Shown here: positions 38,918 through 49,125 of the stretch, piece after piece
Numbering within the stretch: position 1 is the first letter of the stretch
Layout: each line of letters starts with the position of its first letter
Assembly: GCA_964632175.1 (NCBI GenBank)
Contig: CAZWBJ010000002.1
Span: 13,878-77,877 of the forward strand
DNA length: 64,000 nt
Reading direction: 5' to 3'
From: Candidatus Hadarchaeota archaeon
GTDB lineage: Archaea; Hadarchaeota; Hadarchaeia; Hadarchaeales; JAWBSP01
Position numbers and translations under genes: made by a program
The notes under the pieces: model-generated
The model's database searches: none
The model's input: only the letters and a program-made list of their open reading frames with translations
Told to the model about the DNA's origin: nothing

Positions 38918-39578
38918 GCCCTGAGACCAGCCTCAAGAGAACATCCCCTGTGTCCTCGGCCGCGTCCGAAATGGAACCCAGCCTTCTCACGAGTCCCTCC
39001 AGCTGAACCACGCTCAGAGCATCCAGCCCCTTCTCCAGCTCCGCAAGCGACGCGGTGAATTCGGCCTCGAGCAGATCAGACTCATGCTCCAATTTCTGTA
39101 TCTCGTCCACTTTGGGGATGACCTGGTTTATGTCCACAAAGAGGAGGTTCACCGCTCCCACGAGAGAATCCACCACTTCCCTCGACTTCCCAGCCACCTT
39201 CCTAAGTCCCTCCCCCACCTCCTTAGTCCTCTTCCCCAGTTTCTGAAGGAGGCCTTCCCTTAGGAGTATGCACTTGGAGGTTTCCTCTATGGCATCGGCA
39301 ACTTTATCCATCCTCTCCGCGAGCTCCACTAGGTCTCCCCTCATCGCGGGAAGGAAGGCACCATCATATAACTTTTGTATAAACTTCCTCCTAGCCTCAT
39401 CCGCCTCGGACTCCAACTCCGCGATCTTTTTTCCCAAAGCCTCGGCTCTCCTGAGATCCCCCTCCACAAAAACCAGCCCAAAAAACTCCTCGCACCGGGC
39501 TCCCATTTCGGAGAGCTTGGAGCATGCCTCCTTCAGGATGCTCACGGCCTCCTTCTCCCTCCCTCCCCTGATTTTCAT
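38907..39578 (-). CDS. DUF47 / PhoU-like phosphate transport regulator (Pit accessory protein)
   Basis: DUF47/TIGR00153-like helical repeats. It sits next to pitA. Its start overlaps the nob1 stop (ATGA). The 349-aa six-frame ORF 38907-39956 is a merge with unrelated upstream frame. Confidence 0.7.
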   Translation of the reverse strand: MKIRGGREKEAVSILKEACSKLSEMGARCEEFFGLVFVEGDLRRAEALGKKIAELESEADEARRKFIQKLYDGAFLPAMRGDLVELAERMDKVADAIEETSKCILLREGLLQKLGKRTKEVGEGLRKVAGKSREVVDSLVGAVNLLFVDINQVIPKVDEIQKLEHESDLLEAEFTASLAELEKGLDALSVVQLEGLVRRLGSISDAAEDTGDVLLRLVSGLKG

Positions 39579-40066
39579 TCTATACCTCCTCCGTGAATAT
39601 ATTTCGCGGGCTTCCTCTTGAGCTTGTGACCGCAGAATCTGCATTCCTGCTCGGAAGGGGGAAAACTCCTCCCGCAAGAGGGGCAGACCGAAATCCACCT
39701 GAAGACCTTTTTTATACCCTCCTCGCCCACTCCGGAGAACCCCACCCCCAAGACCCTCGCAAGGTTCTGAATGGAGTAGTCGTCCGTTAGAATCTCCGGA
39801 TTCTTTCCCTCCCTCTTCACATCCAGCGCAAGCGCCAAGAGCTTCACGTCCGTTTTGGAAAGCCTGTCCCCGGTCTTCCTTATCGATCTCTCCACTTCCC
39901 CCAGTGAGGTGGCCGAGGGCTCCAGAACCTTCACAGAATCTAGGGAACTTCTCCACTTGGCAGTAAGACTCTTAGCCTCCTCAAGCACCTCCCTAACCGT
40001 CAGACCCTCGAGCGGACCGGGATGGGAGATGAAGGCGGAGGTGTCCAAGATGCGCACCTTTTCCAC
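39575..40066 (-). CDS. nob1: Ribosome biogenesis endonuclease Nob1 (PIN domain plus Zn ribbon)
   Basis: ILDTSAFI PIN motif, TDDYSIQNLARVLG, and C-terminal CPSCG...CRFCG ribbon. Confidence 0.8.
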   Translation of the reverse strand: MEKVRILDTSAFISHPGPLEGLTVREVLEEAKSLTAKWRSSLDSVKVLEPSATSLGEVERSIRKTGDRLSKTDVKLLALALDVKREGKNPEILTDDYSIQNLARVLGVGFSGVGEEGIKKVFRWISVCPSCGRSFPPSEQECRFCGHKLKRKPAKYIHGGGIE

Positions 40067-40122
40067 TCTAATCTCGGTTCCGCGGCTTAAGAAAGATTTT
40101 TTAGCCGGAGGTGAAGAGGCAA

Positions 40123-40521
40123 ATGGGAGTAGAGCTAACCGAAATAGGGAAGCTACGGGAGGGGAAGTTCATTATCATCGATGGTGAGCCCTGTAAGATC
40201 TTGAGCTTCAGCACCTCCGCTCCGGGCAAGCACGGGCACGCGAAGGCTAAGATAGATGCGGTGGGGCTCTTCGACGGGCAGAAGCGCAGCATAGTCCGGC
40301 CCACCAGCGCTAAGGCTGAGGTTCCCATAGTTGAGAGGGGAAGTGCACAAGTTCTAGCCATCGTGGAAAGCTCCGCCCAGCTGATGGACCTCTCCACTTA
40401 TGAGAGCTTCGAGCTGCCCATCCCGCTGGAACTCAGGGGGGAGGTAAAGGAAGGAGTGGAGGTGGAATACATTCAGGCGCTGGGGCGGAGAAAAATAGAG
40501 CGAGTGAAAGTAGGCGGGTGA
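40123..40521 (+). CDS. eif5a: Translation initiation factor 5A (aIF5A)
   Basis: Hypusination loop STSAPGKHGHAK. ATG 40123 is preceded by GGAGGTGA at 9 nt spacing. Confidence 0.9.
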   Translation: MGVELTEIGKLREGKFIIIDGEPCKILSFSTSAPGKHGHAKAKIDAVGLFDGQKRSIVRPTSAKAEVPIVERGSAQVLAIVESSAQLMDLSTYESFELPIPLELRGEVKEGVEVEYIQALGRRKIERVKVGG

Positions 40522-40642
40522 ATCACCCCCAAGTGTGCACGGTGGGTCTGATTCCTGAAACTCGGAAGAAACCTATCCTCTAGTTGTCTAAAAATAACCG
40601 GAAATACTCCTGCCGTCTCAAGGCCACCCAATAGGTGTCAGC

Positions 40643-40852
40643 TCAGCCCGAGACCACCACCAATTTGAGGTCGTCGGCGGAGACGGTCTTCCTGCCAGTA
40701 GATTTAGCGGAGGCCACGGCGGCCTTTGCGACCGCCGAAACTATTTTGTTGACGGCCTCCGGGACGTCGCTGCTAACTCTCTCCGCTCCGACGCTCTTAA
40801 ACAACCTCACGATGGTGGCACTCGGAAGCTTAACCTCTTCTTTCTTGGCCAT
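40643..40852 (-). CDS. Archaeal histone (HMf-like histone fold, single 69 aa)
   Basis: Histone-fold pattern with AERVS...AGRKTV; 69 aa. Confidence 0.9.
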   Translation of the reverse strand: MAKKEEVKLPSATIVRLFKSVGAERVSSDVPEAVNKIVSAVAKAAVASAKSTGRKTVSADDLKLVVVSG

Positions 40853-41564
40853 GATTCACCTCCTTTCTGTCCTTCTCGACCGGTTTAAAAAGCCTGCAGT
40901 AACCAGCCAGCGGGCATTCGCCGTGCCTTTCTCTTCTGCAGTACCGCCTCCCCAGCCTCGAGAGGGCAACCTCTATCCTGACCAGATCTTGACCAAAGAG
41001 TTGCTTGAGTTCCATTAAGGCCCTCAACCCCTTTCCCCTAATGAGACCCAGATTTCTCGCCGCTATGAGCACCGGAGGCTGGGGGAGTGGGTCCGCCTTT
41101 GCCCACACTCCCCGCATCTCCCTCAGAAAGATGGAAGCCGTCACCGGCCCCACACCCTTGAACTCCATCAGCCTTCGCTCTAGGTCCATCGGATCCCTTG
41201 CCTCCTCATGTAGCCTGTTCAGATCCCCTCCATACTTGCGCAGGAGAAGGTCGCAGGCCTCGAGGAGCTGGCTCGCCGTGGAGAAGTCGTACCTCACATA
41301 CCCTCCCCTGTCCAGCACCGCCACCAGCCCCGACCAGCCCCTGGCGATGATGGCTCTGGGCGAGAGCAGCCCCTCCTTCTCAAATTCCTTGTAGGTCCTG
41401 GCCGCAATCTCCTCAGAAATCCTAGCACCGAAAAGAATGGAGGCCAGAAACCATTTAAACACCTCCCCGCTTTCTCCAGAGCGGAGGTCTATCCCCAGCT
41501 GTGCATGATAAGGTTCACCCAGCTCCCCCAGCTTACGGAGGACTTTACTCGTAACTCTGCTCAA
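40830..41564 (-). CDS. HhH-GPD superfamily DNA glycosylase-like protein (base excision repair)
   Basis: GVGPVTASIFLREM helix-hairpin-helix and a C-terminal Cys cluster C-x7-C-x5-C; 244 aa. Confidence 0.45.
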   Translation of the reverse strand: MSRVTSKVLRKLGELGEPYHAQLGIDLRSGESGEVFKWFLASILFGARISEEIAARTYKEFEKEGLLSPRAIIARGWSGLVAVLDRGGYVRYDFSTASQLLEACDLLLRKYGGDLNRLHEEARDPMDLERRLMEFKGVGPVTASIFLREMRGVWAKADPLPQPPVLIAARNLGLIRGKGLRALMELKQLFGQDLVRIEVALSRLGRRYCRRERHGECPLAGYCRLFKPVEKDRKEVNHGQERRG

Positions 41565-42339
41565 GGGTGGGGAACCTCCCTCCCTTCACCTCCTCCCTGA
41601 ACTCCCTCAAGCACCTCAGCATCTCCTCCCTCAGATTCGCGTACTTCTTCACGAACTTCGGAAGACGGGGAGTAAGACCTACCAAATCGTGCAGGACGAG
41701 AACCTGACCGTCGCAGTAGGGCCCGGCTCCGATTCCTATGGTGGGAACGCGCAGCTCCTCCGTCAGGCGTTTGGCGAGCTGCCAAGGAACACACTCCAGC
41801 ACGAGCGAGAAGATTCCCGCCTCCTCCAACTCCTTCGCCTCCTCCACAAGCCTTTCCGCAACTTCCTCCTCCCTCCCCACCACCCTGTAGCCTCCCAGCT
41901 GGTGCACCTTCTGTGGGGTGAGACCCAGATGCCCCATCACCGGAATTCCCTGCTCCACAATCGCCCTCACCTTACCAACCACCTCCTTCCCCCCCTCAAG
42001 CTTCACCGCCTGCGCCCCGCCCTCCTTGAGGAACCTACCGGCATTCTTGATTGCCTCACCCTCGCCGGCTTGATAGGACAGGAAGGGCATGTCCCCCACT
42101 ACCAAGCACCTCTTGGCCGCCCTCGCTACCGCCTTGGTGTGGTGGAGCATCTCCTCCATGGTCACGGGGAGAGTATCCTCATACCCCAGCATGACGTTCG
42201 CCACCGAATCTCCTACAAGGATGATCTCCACGCCGGCCTCCTCCACCAGCTTCGCGGTCAAATAGTCGTAGGTGGCGACCATGACGATTTTCTCCTTCTT
42301 CTTCATCTGCACGATGTCGGGAACCGTCAGGCGCTGCAT
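41545..42339 (-). CDS. panB: 3-methyl-2-oxobutanoate hydroxymethyltransferase
   Basis: PanB family motifs (VGDMPF, GGAQAVKLEGG, HLGLTPQ). Confidence 0.9.
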   Translation of the reverse strand: MQRLTVPDIVQMKKKEKIVMVATYDYLTAKLVEEAGVEIILVGDSVANVMLGYEDTLPVTMEEMLHHTKAVARAAKRCLVVGDMPFLSYQAGEGEAIKNAGRFLKEGGAQAVKLEGGKEVVGKVRAIVEQGIPVMGHLGLTPQKVHQLGGYRVVGREEEVAERLVEEAKELEEAGIFSLVLECVPWQLAKRLTEELRVPTIGIGAGPYCDGQVLVLHDLVGLTPRLPKFVKKYANLREEMLRCLREFREEVKGGRFPTLEQSYE

Positions 42340-42448
42340 CGAAAATACCGGAACAAGGATTTGATAATTCTACCACGACCCCAAATATCCGAGGCAGTGG
42401 ACTAACTTTTTCTCGGCAAGTATAACCGTTTTTTGAGCAGTAGAATGA

Positions 42449-43732
42449 ATGAGGCTCGAAGTAAGGCCGTCAGAGGTGGGAGGAAAGGTCGCCGCCCCCC
42501 CTTCCAAAAGTTACACCCACCGGGCCTTGGCCATCTGCCTGCTCGCGAGGGGTAGGGGGAAAATCGAACAGCCTCTTCTCAGCCTCGATACCCTAGCCAC
42601 CTTGGAGGCCTGCAAGCTTCTCGGTGCCGGCGTGGAGGTGGATGGGGAAACCTACTGGTTGAGGGGAACGGCCGGGAAACTCAAGCCCACCGGTGAGGTT
42701 ATAGACGCGAGGAACTCGGGAACCACCATCCGTTTCATGACCGCCATCTGCTCCCTTTCCCCCAAGCCCATCAAGCTGGTGGGTGACGAGTCCCTTTCAA
42801 AAAGACCCATGGGAGCCCTTGTTGATGCCCTAAACGCGCTAGGCGTGAAAGCCAGGTGCGAGGGGAAGAACGGCAGGCCTCCAGTGGTGGTGGAAGGCGG
42901 GGGACTTCGGGGGGGAGAGGTGGAGCTGGAGGGAGGGATCAGCTCACAGTTCCTCTCTGGCCTCCTGATTGCCTGTCCGTACGCCTCCGGCGACGTTAGG
43001 ATCTCGGTGGAGGGGGAGCTGAAATCCAAACCCTACGTCGAGATGACCCTCAAGTACCTAGAGGAGGCAGGAGCGAGGATACGGAGAAACCCTGCGCTGA
43101 GCAGGTTCGAAATCCCCGGTCAACAAACCTTCAGGCCCCTCAGGCTGAAAATCCCCGGGGACTTCTCCTCCGCCGCCTTCCTTCTAGGAGCGGCGGCACT
43201 CGCAGGAAAAGTGAGGGTGGAAAACCTCGATCCCCAAGACCCGCAGGGGGATAGGAGAATCATAGAGTTGCTGAGGGAGTTCGGCGCCGAGGTCAGGACC
43301 GGGCCGGGTTGGGTGGAGGTGGAGAAGGGCGGGCTGAACGGGATAGAGGTGGACTGCGGAGACAATCCGGACCTCGTTCCGATACTGAGCGTGCTCGGGG
43401 CGGTGGCGGATGGAACCACCCTGATCTCCAATGTCCCGCATCTGAGGTACAAGGAGACCGACAGGCTGGCGGTGCTCTCCCACGAACTCCCCAAGATGGG
43501 GGCGAAGGTGACGGAGCTGGAGGACGGGCTGAAAATTACAGGAGTTAAGGAGTTGAAAGGGGCAAGGGTGGACTCCCACGGGGATCACCGGATGGCCATG
43601 GCCTTCGCCGTGGCGGGACTGGTGGCCAAGGGCAGAACGGTCATCGAAGGGGCGGAGTCCATACCCGTCTCCTACCCCAACTTCATCCCCCACATGCGGG
43701 GGCTTGGAGCCAAGCTCAGAGAGCTGGCCTGA
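42449..43732 (+). CDS. aroA: 3-phosphoshikimate 1-carboxyvinyltransferase (EPSP synthase)
   Basis: PSKSYTHRA motif; 427 aa. Confidence 0.9.
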   Translation: MRLEVRPSEVGGKVAAPPSKSYTHRALAICLLARGRGKIEQPLLSLDTLATLEACKLLGAGVEVDGETYWLRGTAGKLKPTGEVIDARNSGTTIRFMTAICSLSPKPIKLVGDESLSKRPMGALVDALNALGVKARCEGKNGRPPVVVEGGGLRGGEVELEGGISSQFLSGLLIACPYASGDVRISVEGELKSKPYVEMTLKYLEEAGARIRRNPALSRFEIPGQQTFRPLRLKIPGDFSSAAFLLGAAALAGKVRVENLDPQDPQGDRRIIELLREFGAEVRTGPGWVEVEKGGLNGIEVDCGDNPDLVPILSVLGAVADGTTLISNVPHLRYKETDRLAVLSHELPKMGAKVTELEDGLKITGVKELKGARVDSHGDHRMAMAFAVAGLVAKGRTVIEGAESIPVSYPNFIPHMRGLGAKLRELA

Positions 43733-44958
43733 TGGACGTTGAGGGGCTGGTGGAGGGTGCACGCGCGGTACTGGATAGGAACACCAAGAGGTTTCGCGGG
43801 CAGGAAATTGTAGTTCCCGCACTTAAGGCCTATCCCGTTCCCTACTGCTGGGACACGGCCTTCCACGTGATGGCTCTCGTGCACCTTGACGCCGGCAGGG
43901 CAAGGCAAAACGTGGAGGCCCTCCTTTCCCTGCAGCGTCCGGATGGGATGATTCCCAACGCGCCGCTGAAGGCCGGCGACCAGGACCTCAGGAGCCAGCC
44001 GCCCATCATCCTCCACGCGGCTAAACGCTACCTCGAACTCACAGGAGACCGTGGGAGCGTGAAACGGTGGTTTCCCAAACTCGCGCTCTTCTACCAATGG
44101 TGGGCTAGGCGCGGGGATCCTGAGGGCTCGCTTCCCAGACTGGTAGCCCCCTTTTCCGGGGTGAGGCTGAGAACCCGACTCCTCTCCTCCCTAGCCGGGG
44201 GGCTGGGAGTTAGGAGGGAAAGATTCGCGGGCCCGGCAGTGCTGGCAATCTGTTCCACTGGAATGGACAACCACCCCATCTACGACTTTGCAGAGGGAAG
44301 AACGGTTAGAGAGGGCGCTCTCTACTACCTGCCGCTGGAGGATCTGCTACTCAACTCCGCCCTGGTGGCGGGTGCGGAGGCCCTGAGAGAGCTCGCCAAT
44401 ATCCTAGGCATGAGGGAGGAAGCGAAGAAGTTTGAGGAGGAGCGCAAGAGGAGGGCCGAGCTAGTGGACCAAAATATGTGGTCAGAGGAGGAGGGCTTCT
44501 ACTTCCCTGTGCAGTGGAGCGGGGTAAAGGTGAGGGTGAAGTCGGTTCAGGCGTTCGCTACCCTTTGGGCGGGCATCCCGGACAGGAAGAAGGCCTCAAA
44601 GTTGATCGACCACCTGAGCTCCCCACGCGAGTTCTGGGGGAGGTACGGGATCCCCACCGTGGCCTTCGACGATCCAAAGCATCTGACGCCGCAGCCTGCC
44701 TGGATGTGCTCGAAAGATCCCTATTACTGGAGGGGAACCATCTGGGCTCCCACCACCGTGCTGACTTTTGAGGGGTTGAGGCGCTACGGGAGGAAGGATC
44801 TGGCCCGCAGGCTTGCCCTGAAATGGATGGAACTTGTGGAGAAATCAGGTTTCGCGGAATACTTCTACCCCGAAGGGAGACCTGGAAGGGCGAACCCTGA
44901 GGACTTTGGCTGGACCGCCGCGGCTACCATCTATCTGGCACGAGAGATCCTCTCGTAG
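43732..44958 (+). CDS. (alpha/alpha)6-barrel glycoside hydrolase-like protein (trehalase/GH63-like)
   Basis: PYCWDTAFH, YWRGTIWAPT and GFGWTAAATIYL motifs resemble the GH37/GH63 six-hairpin glycosidase family. ATG 43732 overlaps the aroA stop. Confidence 0.55.
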   Translation: MDVEGLVEGARAVLDRNTKRFRGQEIVVPALKAYPVPYCWDTAFHVMALVHLDAGRARQNVEALLSLQRPDGMIPNAPLKAGDQDLRSQPPIILHAAKRYLELTGDRGSVKRWFPKLALFYQWWARRGDPEGSLPRLVAPFSGVRLRTRLLSSLAGGLGVRRERFAGPAVLAICSTGMDNHPIYDFAEGRTVREGALYYLPLEDLLLNSALVAGAEALRELANILGMREEAKKFEEERKRRAELVDQNMWSEEEGFYFPVQWSGVKVRVKSVQAFATLWAGIPDRKKASKLIDHLSSPREFWGRYGIPTVAFDDPKHLTPQPAWMCSKDPYYWRGTIWAPTTVLTFEGLRRYGRKDLARRLALKWMELVEKSGFAEYFYPEGRPGRANPEDFGWTAAATIYLAREILS

Positions 44959-45562
44959 AACTCCGAAGACCCAGTTCCTTCACCACCCTTCCAAGCTTCT
45001 CGAAGTCCGAAATCAGAAGATCCTTGACCGAACCGCTGTAGAGACCAGCCGCGGGGTGGAAGGTGAGGAAGAGCTTGAATCGCAACCCTGCGAAGGTACA
45101 GTCCAGCAACTTGCCGTGCTCGGCCGTCATGCTCACGTTCCTCCCCAGCAGCTCTCCTGCCGAGATCCTGCCCAAAGCCACCACAAGCTTGGGCTTGAGA
45201 AGAGAAAGTTGCCCTATCAAGAAGGGTTTGCAGGCCTCCACCTCCTCCGGAAGCGGGTCCCTGTTTCCGGGGGGCCTGCACTTCAGCGTGTTGCAGATGT
45301 AAACTTCCTCCCTTTTCAGACCGGCTCTTTCCAGCAGGGAGTTGAGGAACTTCCCAGCTGCACCCACGAAGGGCCTGCCCTGCTTGTCCTCCCAGTAACC
45401 TGGGGCTTCTCCAACAAAAACTATCTTGCCGTGCGTCCCGTCCCCGAAGACCAACTTCGTCCTCGTCCTGTGAAGGGGGCACCTCTCGCACCTCTCCGCT
45501 TCCTTTTCGAGCTCATCCAGAGTCTTTGGGTTTAGAAAACCCCAGAGGGGGGCCTGCATCAA
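44924..45562 (-). CDS. udg: Uracil-DNA glycosylase, family 4 (thermostable, Fe-S)
   Basis: CERCPL...GEAPG motifs; 212 aa. Confidence 0.85.
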   Translation of the reverse strand: MMQAPLWGFLNPKTLDELEKEAERCERCPLHRTRTKLVFGDGTHGKIVFVGEAPGYWEDKQGRPFVGAAGKFLNSLLERAGLKREEVYICNTLKCRPPGNRDPLPEEVEACKPFLIGQLSLLKPKLVVALGRISAGELLGRNVSMTAEHGKLLDCTFAGLRFKLFLTFHPAAGLYSGSVKDLLISDFEKLGRVVKELGLRSSTRGSLVPDRW

Positions 45563-45609
45563 AAGGTGAAGGTGCCGTTAGAAATGCACCTTTCAGGCTG
45601 CGGCCCCAC

Positions 45610-46344
45610 TTACCAAAAAATGAGCCCGACACCCACCGAAGCTATGACCACGCCCAACACCATTTTCAGTATGCGCGCCGGTGCCTTCTGGGAGATCCGC
45701 ACGCCCACCTGTCCGCCCAGCATACAGCCAACTGCAAGAAAGAGGGCATGGGGGGGTGAGAAGTGTCCCAAGAAAAGGTGGGGAAAGAAAGCTGCTCCCG
45801 TGGTTAGGGCCATTCCAAACATGGCCGTCCCGGCCGAGAGCTTGATGGACATACCAAGCGCTAAAAGCATGACGAGTTCGTCCACTATTCCTCCGCCGAT
45901 GCCGAAAAAACCCGAAACCAGCCCGCTCGCGAAGCTCCCCAGCACCGTGGCGAGAATGAGGGTTACCGTGAGGGGAGGAAGGGAGGTGATGCCCTCCCTC
46001 TTCCGTAAAATCAAGTAGAAGGAAACACAGAGCAGAAAGATCCCGAAGGCGGTTCTGAGGAAGCGAGCGGAGAAGAGAACGGTCAGGTAAGCTCCAAGAA
46101 TTCCCCCCGGGACGTCCAAGGAGTCGAGGAGGAGCCCAACTCTGTAATCTATTCTCCGCTGGAGGGCGTAGCCGACGGTGGCGGAGAAGGAGGTCACCCA
46201 GATGGCGAAGAGGCTCGTGCCGATGGCCTGATGGATGGGGAGACCTGACCAGAGGAGGAGGGGAACCAGAAGCATGCCTCCTCCCAGCCCAACGGAGGAG
46301 AAGACGGAAGAAATCAGAAGAGCTGCAAACGGGAGCTCGATCAT
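45610..46344 (-). CDS. TauE/SafE (DUF81) family membrane transporter
   Basis: Duplicated 4-TM units containing GxGGG motifs. Confidence 0.75.
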   Translation of the reverse strand: MIELPFAALLISSVFSSVGLGGGMLLVPLLLWSGLPIHQAIGTSLFAIWVTSFSATVGYALQRRIDYRVGLLLDSLDVPGGILGAYLTVLFSARFLRTAFGIFLLCVSFYLILRKREGITSLPPLTVTLILATVLGSFASGLVSGFFGIGGGIVDELVMLLALGMSIKLSAGTAMFGMALTTGAAFFPHLFLGHFSPPHALFLAVGCMLGGQVGVRISQKAPARILKMVLGVVIASVGVGLIFW

Positions 46345-46520
46345 TCAGTGTTTAGGTTAGAAACCCTGCTCGCCAGCATGGGCGTCCCGGTCCCAACCAC
46401 CTTCGCGATCTGCGGCAGATGAGAGCGATGAAGAAGACGAAAGAACGTTCAAGGAGGATGAAAGCAAGACTTCTCCAAACCCGCGGGACCTCATATTTTA
46501 ATCCGCAGAAGAAGGAAAGC

Positions 46521-47324
46521 ATGTCGGAGATAGGAAAGAGGATAAGGCTGGAGCGCATCATCAACAGGGAGACGCACCGGACGGTCATCGTCCCCATGGA
46601 TCATGGGCTGAGCATGGGTCCCATTCAGGGGCTGGAGAACATGGTTTCCGCCGTCGATCAAGTGGCGGAGGGGGGGGCGAACGCGGTTGTCCTACACAAG
46701 GGGATTGTTAGAGCCGGCCATCGCGGGTTCGGAAGGGACATCGGGCTGATCATCCACCTCTCCGGAAGCACCTCCCTCTCCCCGGACCCCAACGCTAAGG
46801 TGCAGGTGGCCTCGGTGGAGGAGGCTGTCAGGCTTGGTGCCGACGGGGTCTCGGTGCACGTCAATGTCGGTGCGCCCAACGAGCAGGAGCAACTGAGGAT
46901 GATGGGGGAGGTGGCGGAGGCCTGCTCTTACTGGGGAATGCCCCTCTTCGCCATGATGTACCCGAGGGGACCCAAGGTGGAGAAGGGTAAGGAGCACGAT
47001 CCCGAACTGGTGGCGCTGGCGGCGAGGGTGGGGGCGGAACTCGGGGCGGACATCGTGAAGACCGTATACACCGGGGACCCGGACTCCTTCGCCAAGGTGG
47101 TCAGGGGATGTCCGGTTCCGGTGGTGATTGCTGGGGGGCCGAAGATGAACACGGACAGAGAGGTGCTGGAGATGGCGGCGGGGGCCATCCAAGCCGGTGC
47201 CATCGGGGTTTCCATAGGGAGGAATATCTTCCAGCACAGGAATCCTACTGCCATGACGAGGGTGCTGGTCAAGATAGTCCACGAGGACGTCCCCGTAGAG
47301 CAAGCACTGAAAGAGCTGGCTTGA
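46521..47324 (+). CDS. DhnA-type class I aldolase; by context the archaeal ADH synthase (2-amino-3,7-dideoxy-D-threo-hept-6-ulosonate synthase, AroA')
   Basis: DhnA-family pattern (VIVPMDHG, Schiff-base Lys region). It lies immediately upstream of DHQ synthase II. Start placed at [10 protein letters not shown] (46521), preceded by a TATA-like ATATTTTAA element. Confidence 0.75.
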   Translation: MSEIGKRIRLERIINRETHRTVIVPMDHGLSMGPIQGLENMVSAVDQVAEGGANAVVLHKGIVRAGHRGFGRDIGLIIHLSGSTSLSPDPNAKVQVASVEEAVRLGADGVSVHVNVGAPNEQEQLRMMGEVAEACSYWGMPLFAMMYPRGPKVEKGKEHDPELVALAARVGAELGADIVKTVYTGDPDSFAKVVRGCPVPVVIAGGPKMNTDREVLEMAAGAIQAGAIGVSIGRNIFQHRNPTAMTRVLVKIVHEDVPVEQALKELA

Positions 47325-48424
47325 GGAAGCGGTTCTGGGTAAGGGCTGATTGGAGTGCCTCCTGGGACGAGGTGAAGCCCTTCGCCCTAGCAGCCTTGGA
47401 GACCGGATGTGACGTCCTAGTGTGCAGGAGCGAGCACATCCAACGCATTCTGGAGATGGGAAGCCTCTCGCTCGCCACCGCTGAGCCTTCACCCGCCGGA
47501 TGGGTGCTCCTCAGCGCCAGGAGTCCCGAAGAGATCAGGAGGGCTGCCGAAAGAGCGGGAGAACTCAGGAGGGAAAAGAAGGTCGCCCTAGAGGTGGAAA
47601 TCTCCGGCAGGGAGGTGGAGAAAGCGACGGTCGAGCTGGCAGGCAACTTCGACACCCTTCTCATCAAGACCCCCGACTGGAAGATTATCCCCCTCGAGAA
47701 CCTAATAGCCAACCTACACGGGAAGGTGCCCCTCGTTGCCGAGATCAGAAACGCCGAGGAGGCACGCCTGGCCCTCCAGACCTTAGAGCTGGGCACCGAT
47801 GGCGTTCTGCTGGACCCAAGAGAGAGGGGAGTGGAAGAGGTGAAGAAGGTGGCGGAGGAGCTGGAGGGTGCCCCCGAGAGGATCGAGCTCAAACCGGCGA
47901 AGGTGACCGCCCTGAAACAGGTGGGGCTGGGGGAGAGGGCTTGCATCGACACCGTCACCCTCATGTCCGTGGGAGAGGGGATGCTGGTGGGGAACCAAGC
48001 CGAGGGGCTCTTTCTGATTCATTCCGAGACCCTTCCGAGCCCCTTCGTTGAACCCCGGCCCTTTAGGGTGAACGCCGGGTCCGTTCACTCTTACATAAGG
48101 ATTCCGAGGGGCAAGACCAAGTACCTCTCCGAGCTCTCCTCGGGGGATGAGGTTCTGGTGGTTGATGCGAAAGGGAGAGGACGGGGGGTCGCCGTTGGGA
48201 GGGTGAAGATAGAGCGAAGACCGATGATCCTGGTGGAAGCGGAATGCGAGGGAAGGAAGTACGGGGTGATACTCCAAAATGCCGAAACCATCAACCTAGT
48301 GTCCAAGGACGGGAATCCGGTTTCGGTGACTAGGCTCAAACCCGGGGATGAGGTGCTCCTCTACCAAGAAGCTGGAGGCAGACACTTCGGCGTGAGGGTG
48401 GAGGAGACGGTGACGGAAAGATGA
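47321..48424 (+). CDS. 3-dehydroquinate synthase II (archaeal type, AroB')
   Basis: DHQS_2 family. The N-terminus is reconstructed from TTG 47321 ([17 protein letters not shown]), as in archaeal DHQ synthase II. The six-frame ORF begins at 47108 inside the upstream gene. Confidence 0.85.
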   Translation: MRKRFWVRADWSASWDEVKPFALAALETGCDVLVCRSEHIQRILEMGSLSLATAEPSPAGWVLLSARSPEEIRRAAERAGELRREKKVALEVEISGREVEKATVELAGNFDTLLIKTPDWKIIPLENLIANLHGKVPLVAEIRNAEEARLALQTLELGTDGVLLDPRERGVEEVKKVAEELEGAPERIELKPAKVTALKQVGLGERACIDTVTLMSVGEGMLVGNQAEGLFLIHSETLPSPFVEPRPFRVNAGSVHSYIRIPRGKTKYLSELSSGDEVLVVDAKGRGRGVAVGRVKIERRPMILVEAECEGRKYGVILQNAETINLVSKDGNPVSVTRLKPGDEVLLYQEAGGRHFGVRVEETVTER

Positions 48425-49125
48425 AACTGGGGAAGGTGGAACTTTCAACTCCGGCCCTTTGCGGGTGCATCACGGGCTCGGATCCCGCCGAGATGCTGGA
48501 GGGGATGAAGAAGGCCAAGAAACTGGGCGCGGACTGCGTGGAGCTCCGGATTGACTGGATGGAGAAGAGGGAAAGATGGGAGAGGCTCCTCTCTTGGGAT
48601 TTTCCAAAAATTCTCACCAACCGTCCCTTGCGGGAAGGCGGAAAGTTCGATGGCCCTGAGGAGGAGAGGACTGCTGCCCTCCTCCGGGGGATAGAGCTGG
48701 GGGTCGATGCCGTGGACGTGGAGGCCTCCACGCCTTCCCCGCTGCTGAAGGAGGTTCTAAAAAAAGCCAGAGAAAGGGGGACAAGCACCATCCTCTCCTT
48801 CCACGATTTCAGCGGGACCCCCTCCCTGAGCCAACTCCAGAAAAGAGTGAGAGAACTCTCCAAGAGCGGAGCAAATTACCTCAAAATCGTCACCATGGCC
48901 AAGAAACCCGAGGACTCCGTCACCATTTTAAACCTGCTGGTCTCTCACCGGGGAAAACCGCTCATCGCCTTCTGTATGGGGGAGGAGGGTAGAGTTTCTA
49001 GACTCTCGGCAGCGCTGTTGGGGTGCCCACTTGTGTACACCTCGGTTGAAAATCAGACCGCACCTGGACAGTTGGAACTTCGCCTCATGAGGGAACTTCT
49101 ACAAAAGTTGGGGGTGAGGAAGTGA
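48421..49125 (+). CDS. aroD: 3-dehydroquinate dehydratase, type I
   Basis: Type I DHQase pattern; 234 aa. Confidence 0.85.
   Translation: MKLGKVELSTPALCGCITGSDPAEMLEGMKKAKKLGADCVELRIDWMEKRERWERLLSWDFPKILTNRPLREGGKFDGPEEERTAALLRGIELGVDAVDVEASTPSPLLKEVLKKARERGTSTILSFHDFSGTPSLSQLQKRVRELSKSGANYLKIVTMAKKPEDSVTILNLLVSHRGKPLIAFCMGEEGRVSRLSAALLGCPLVYTSVENQTAPGQLELRLMRELLQKLGVRK

Noticed and set aside
38907-39956. A single 349-aa ORF
   Set aside because: Its C-terminal 224 aa form a complete DUF47 protein starting at an internal Met that overlaps the nob1 stop. The upstream 125 aa are the nob1 region read in another frame.
45563-45609. AAAGGTG...CACCTTT inverted repeat between the TauE stop and the udg start, considered as a terminator or sRNA
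   Set aside because: It is a short 7-bp stem with a 17-nt loop and no T-tract. It is most simply part of the udg promoter region.
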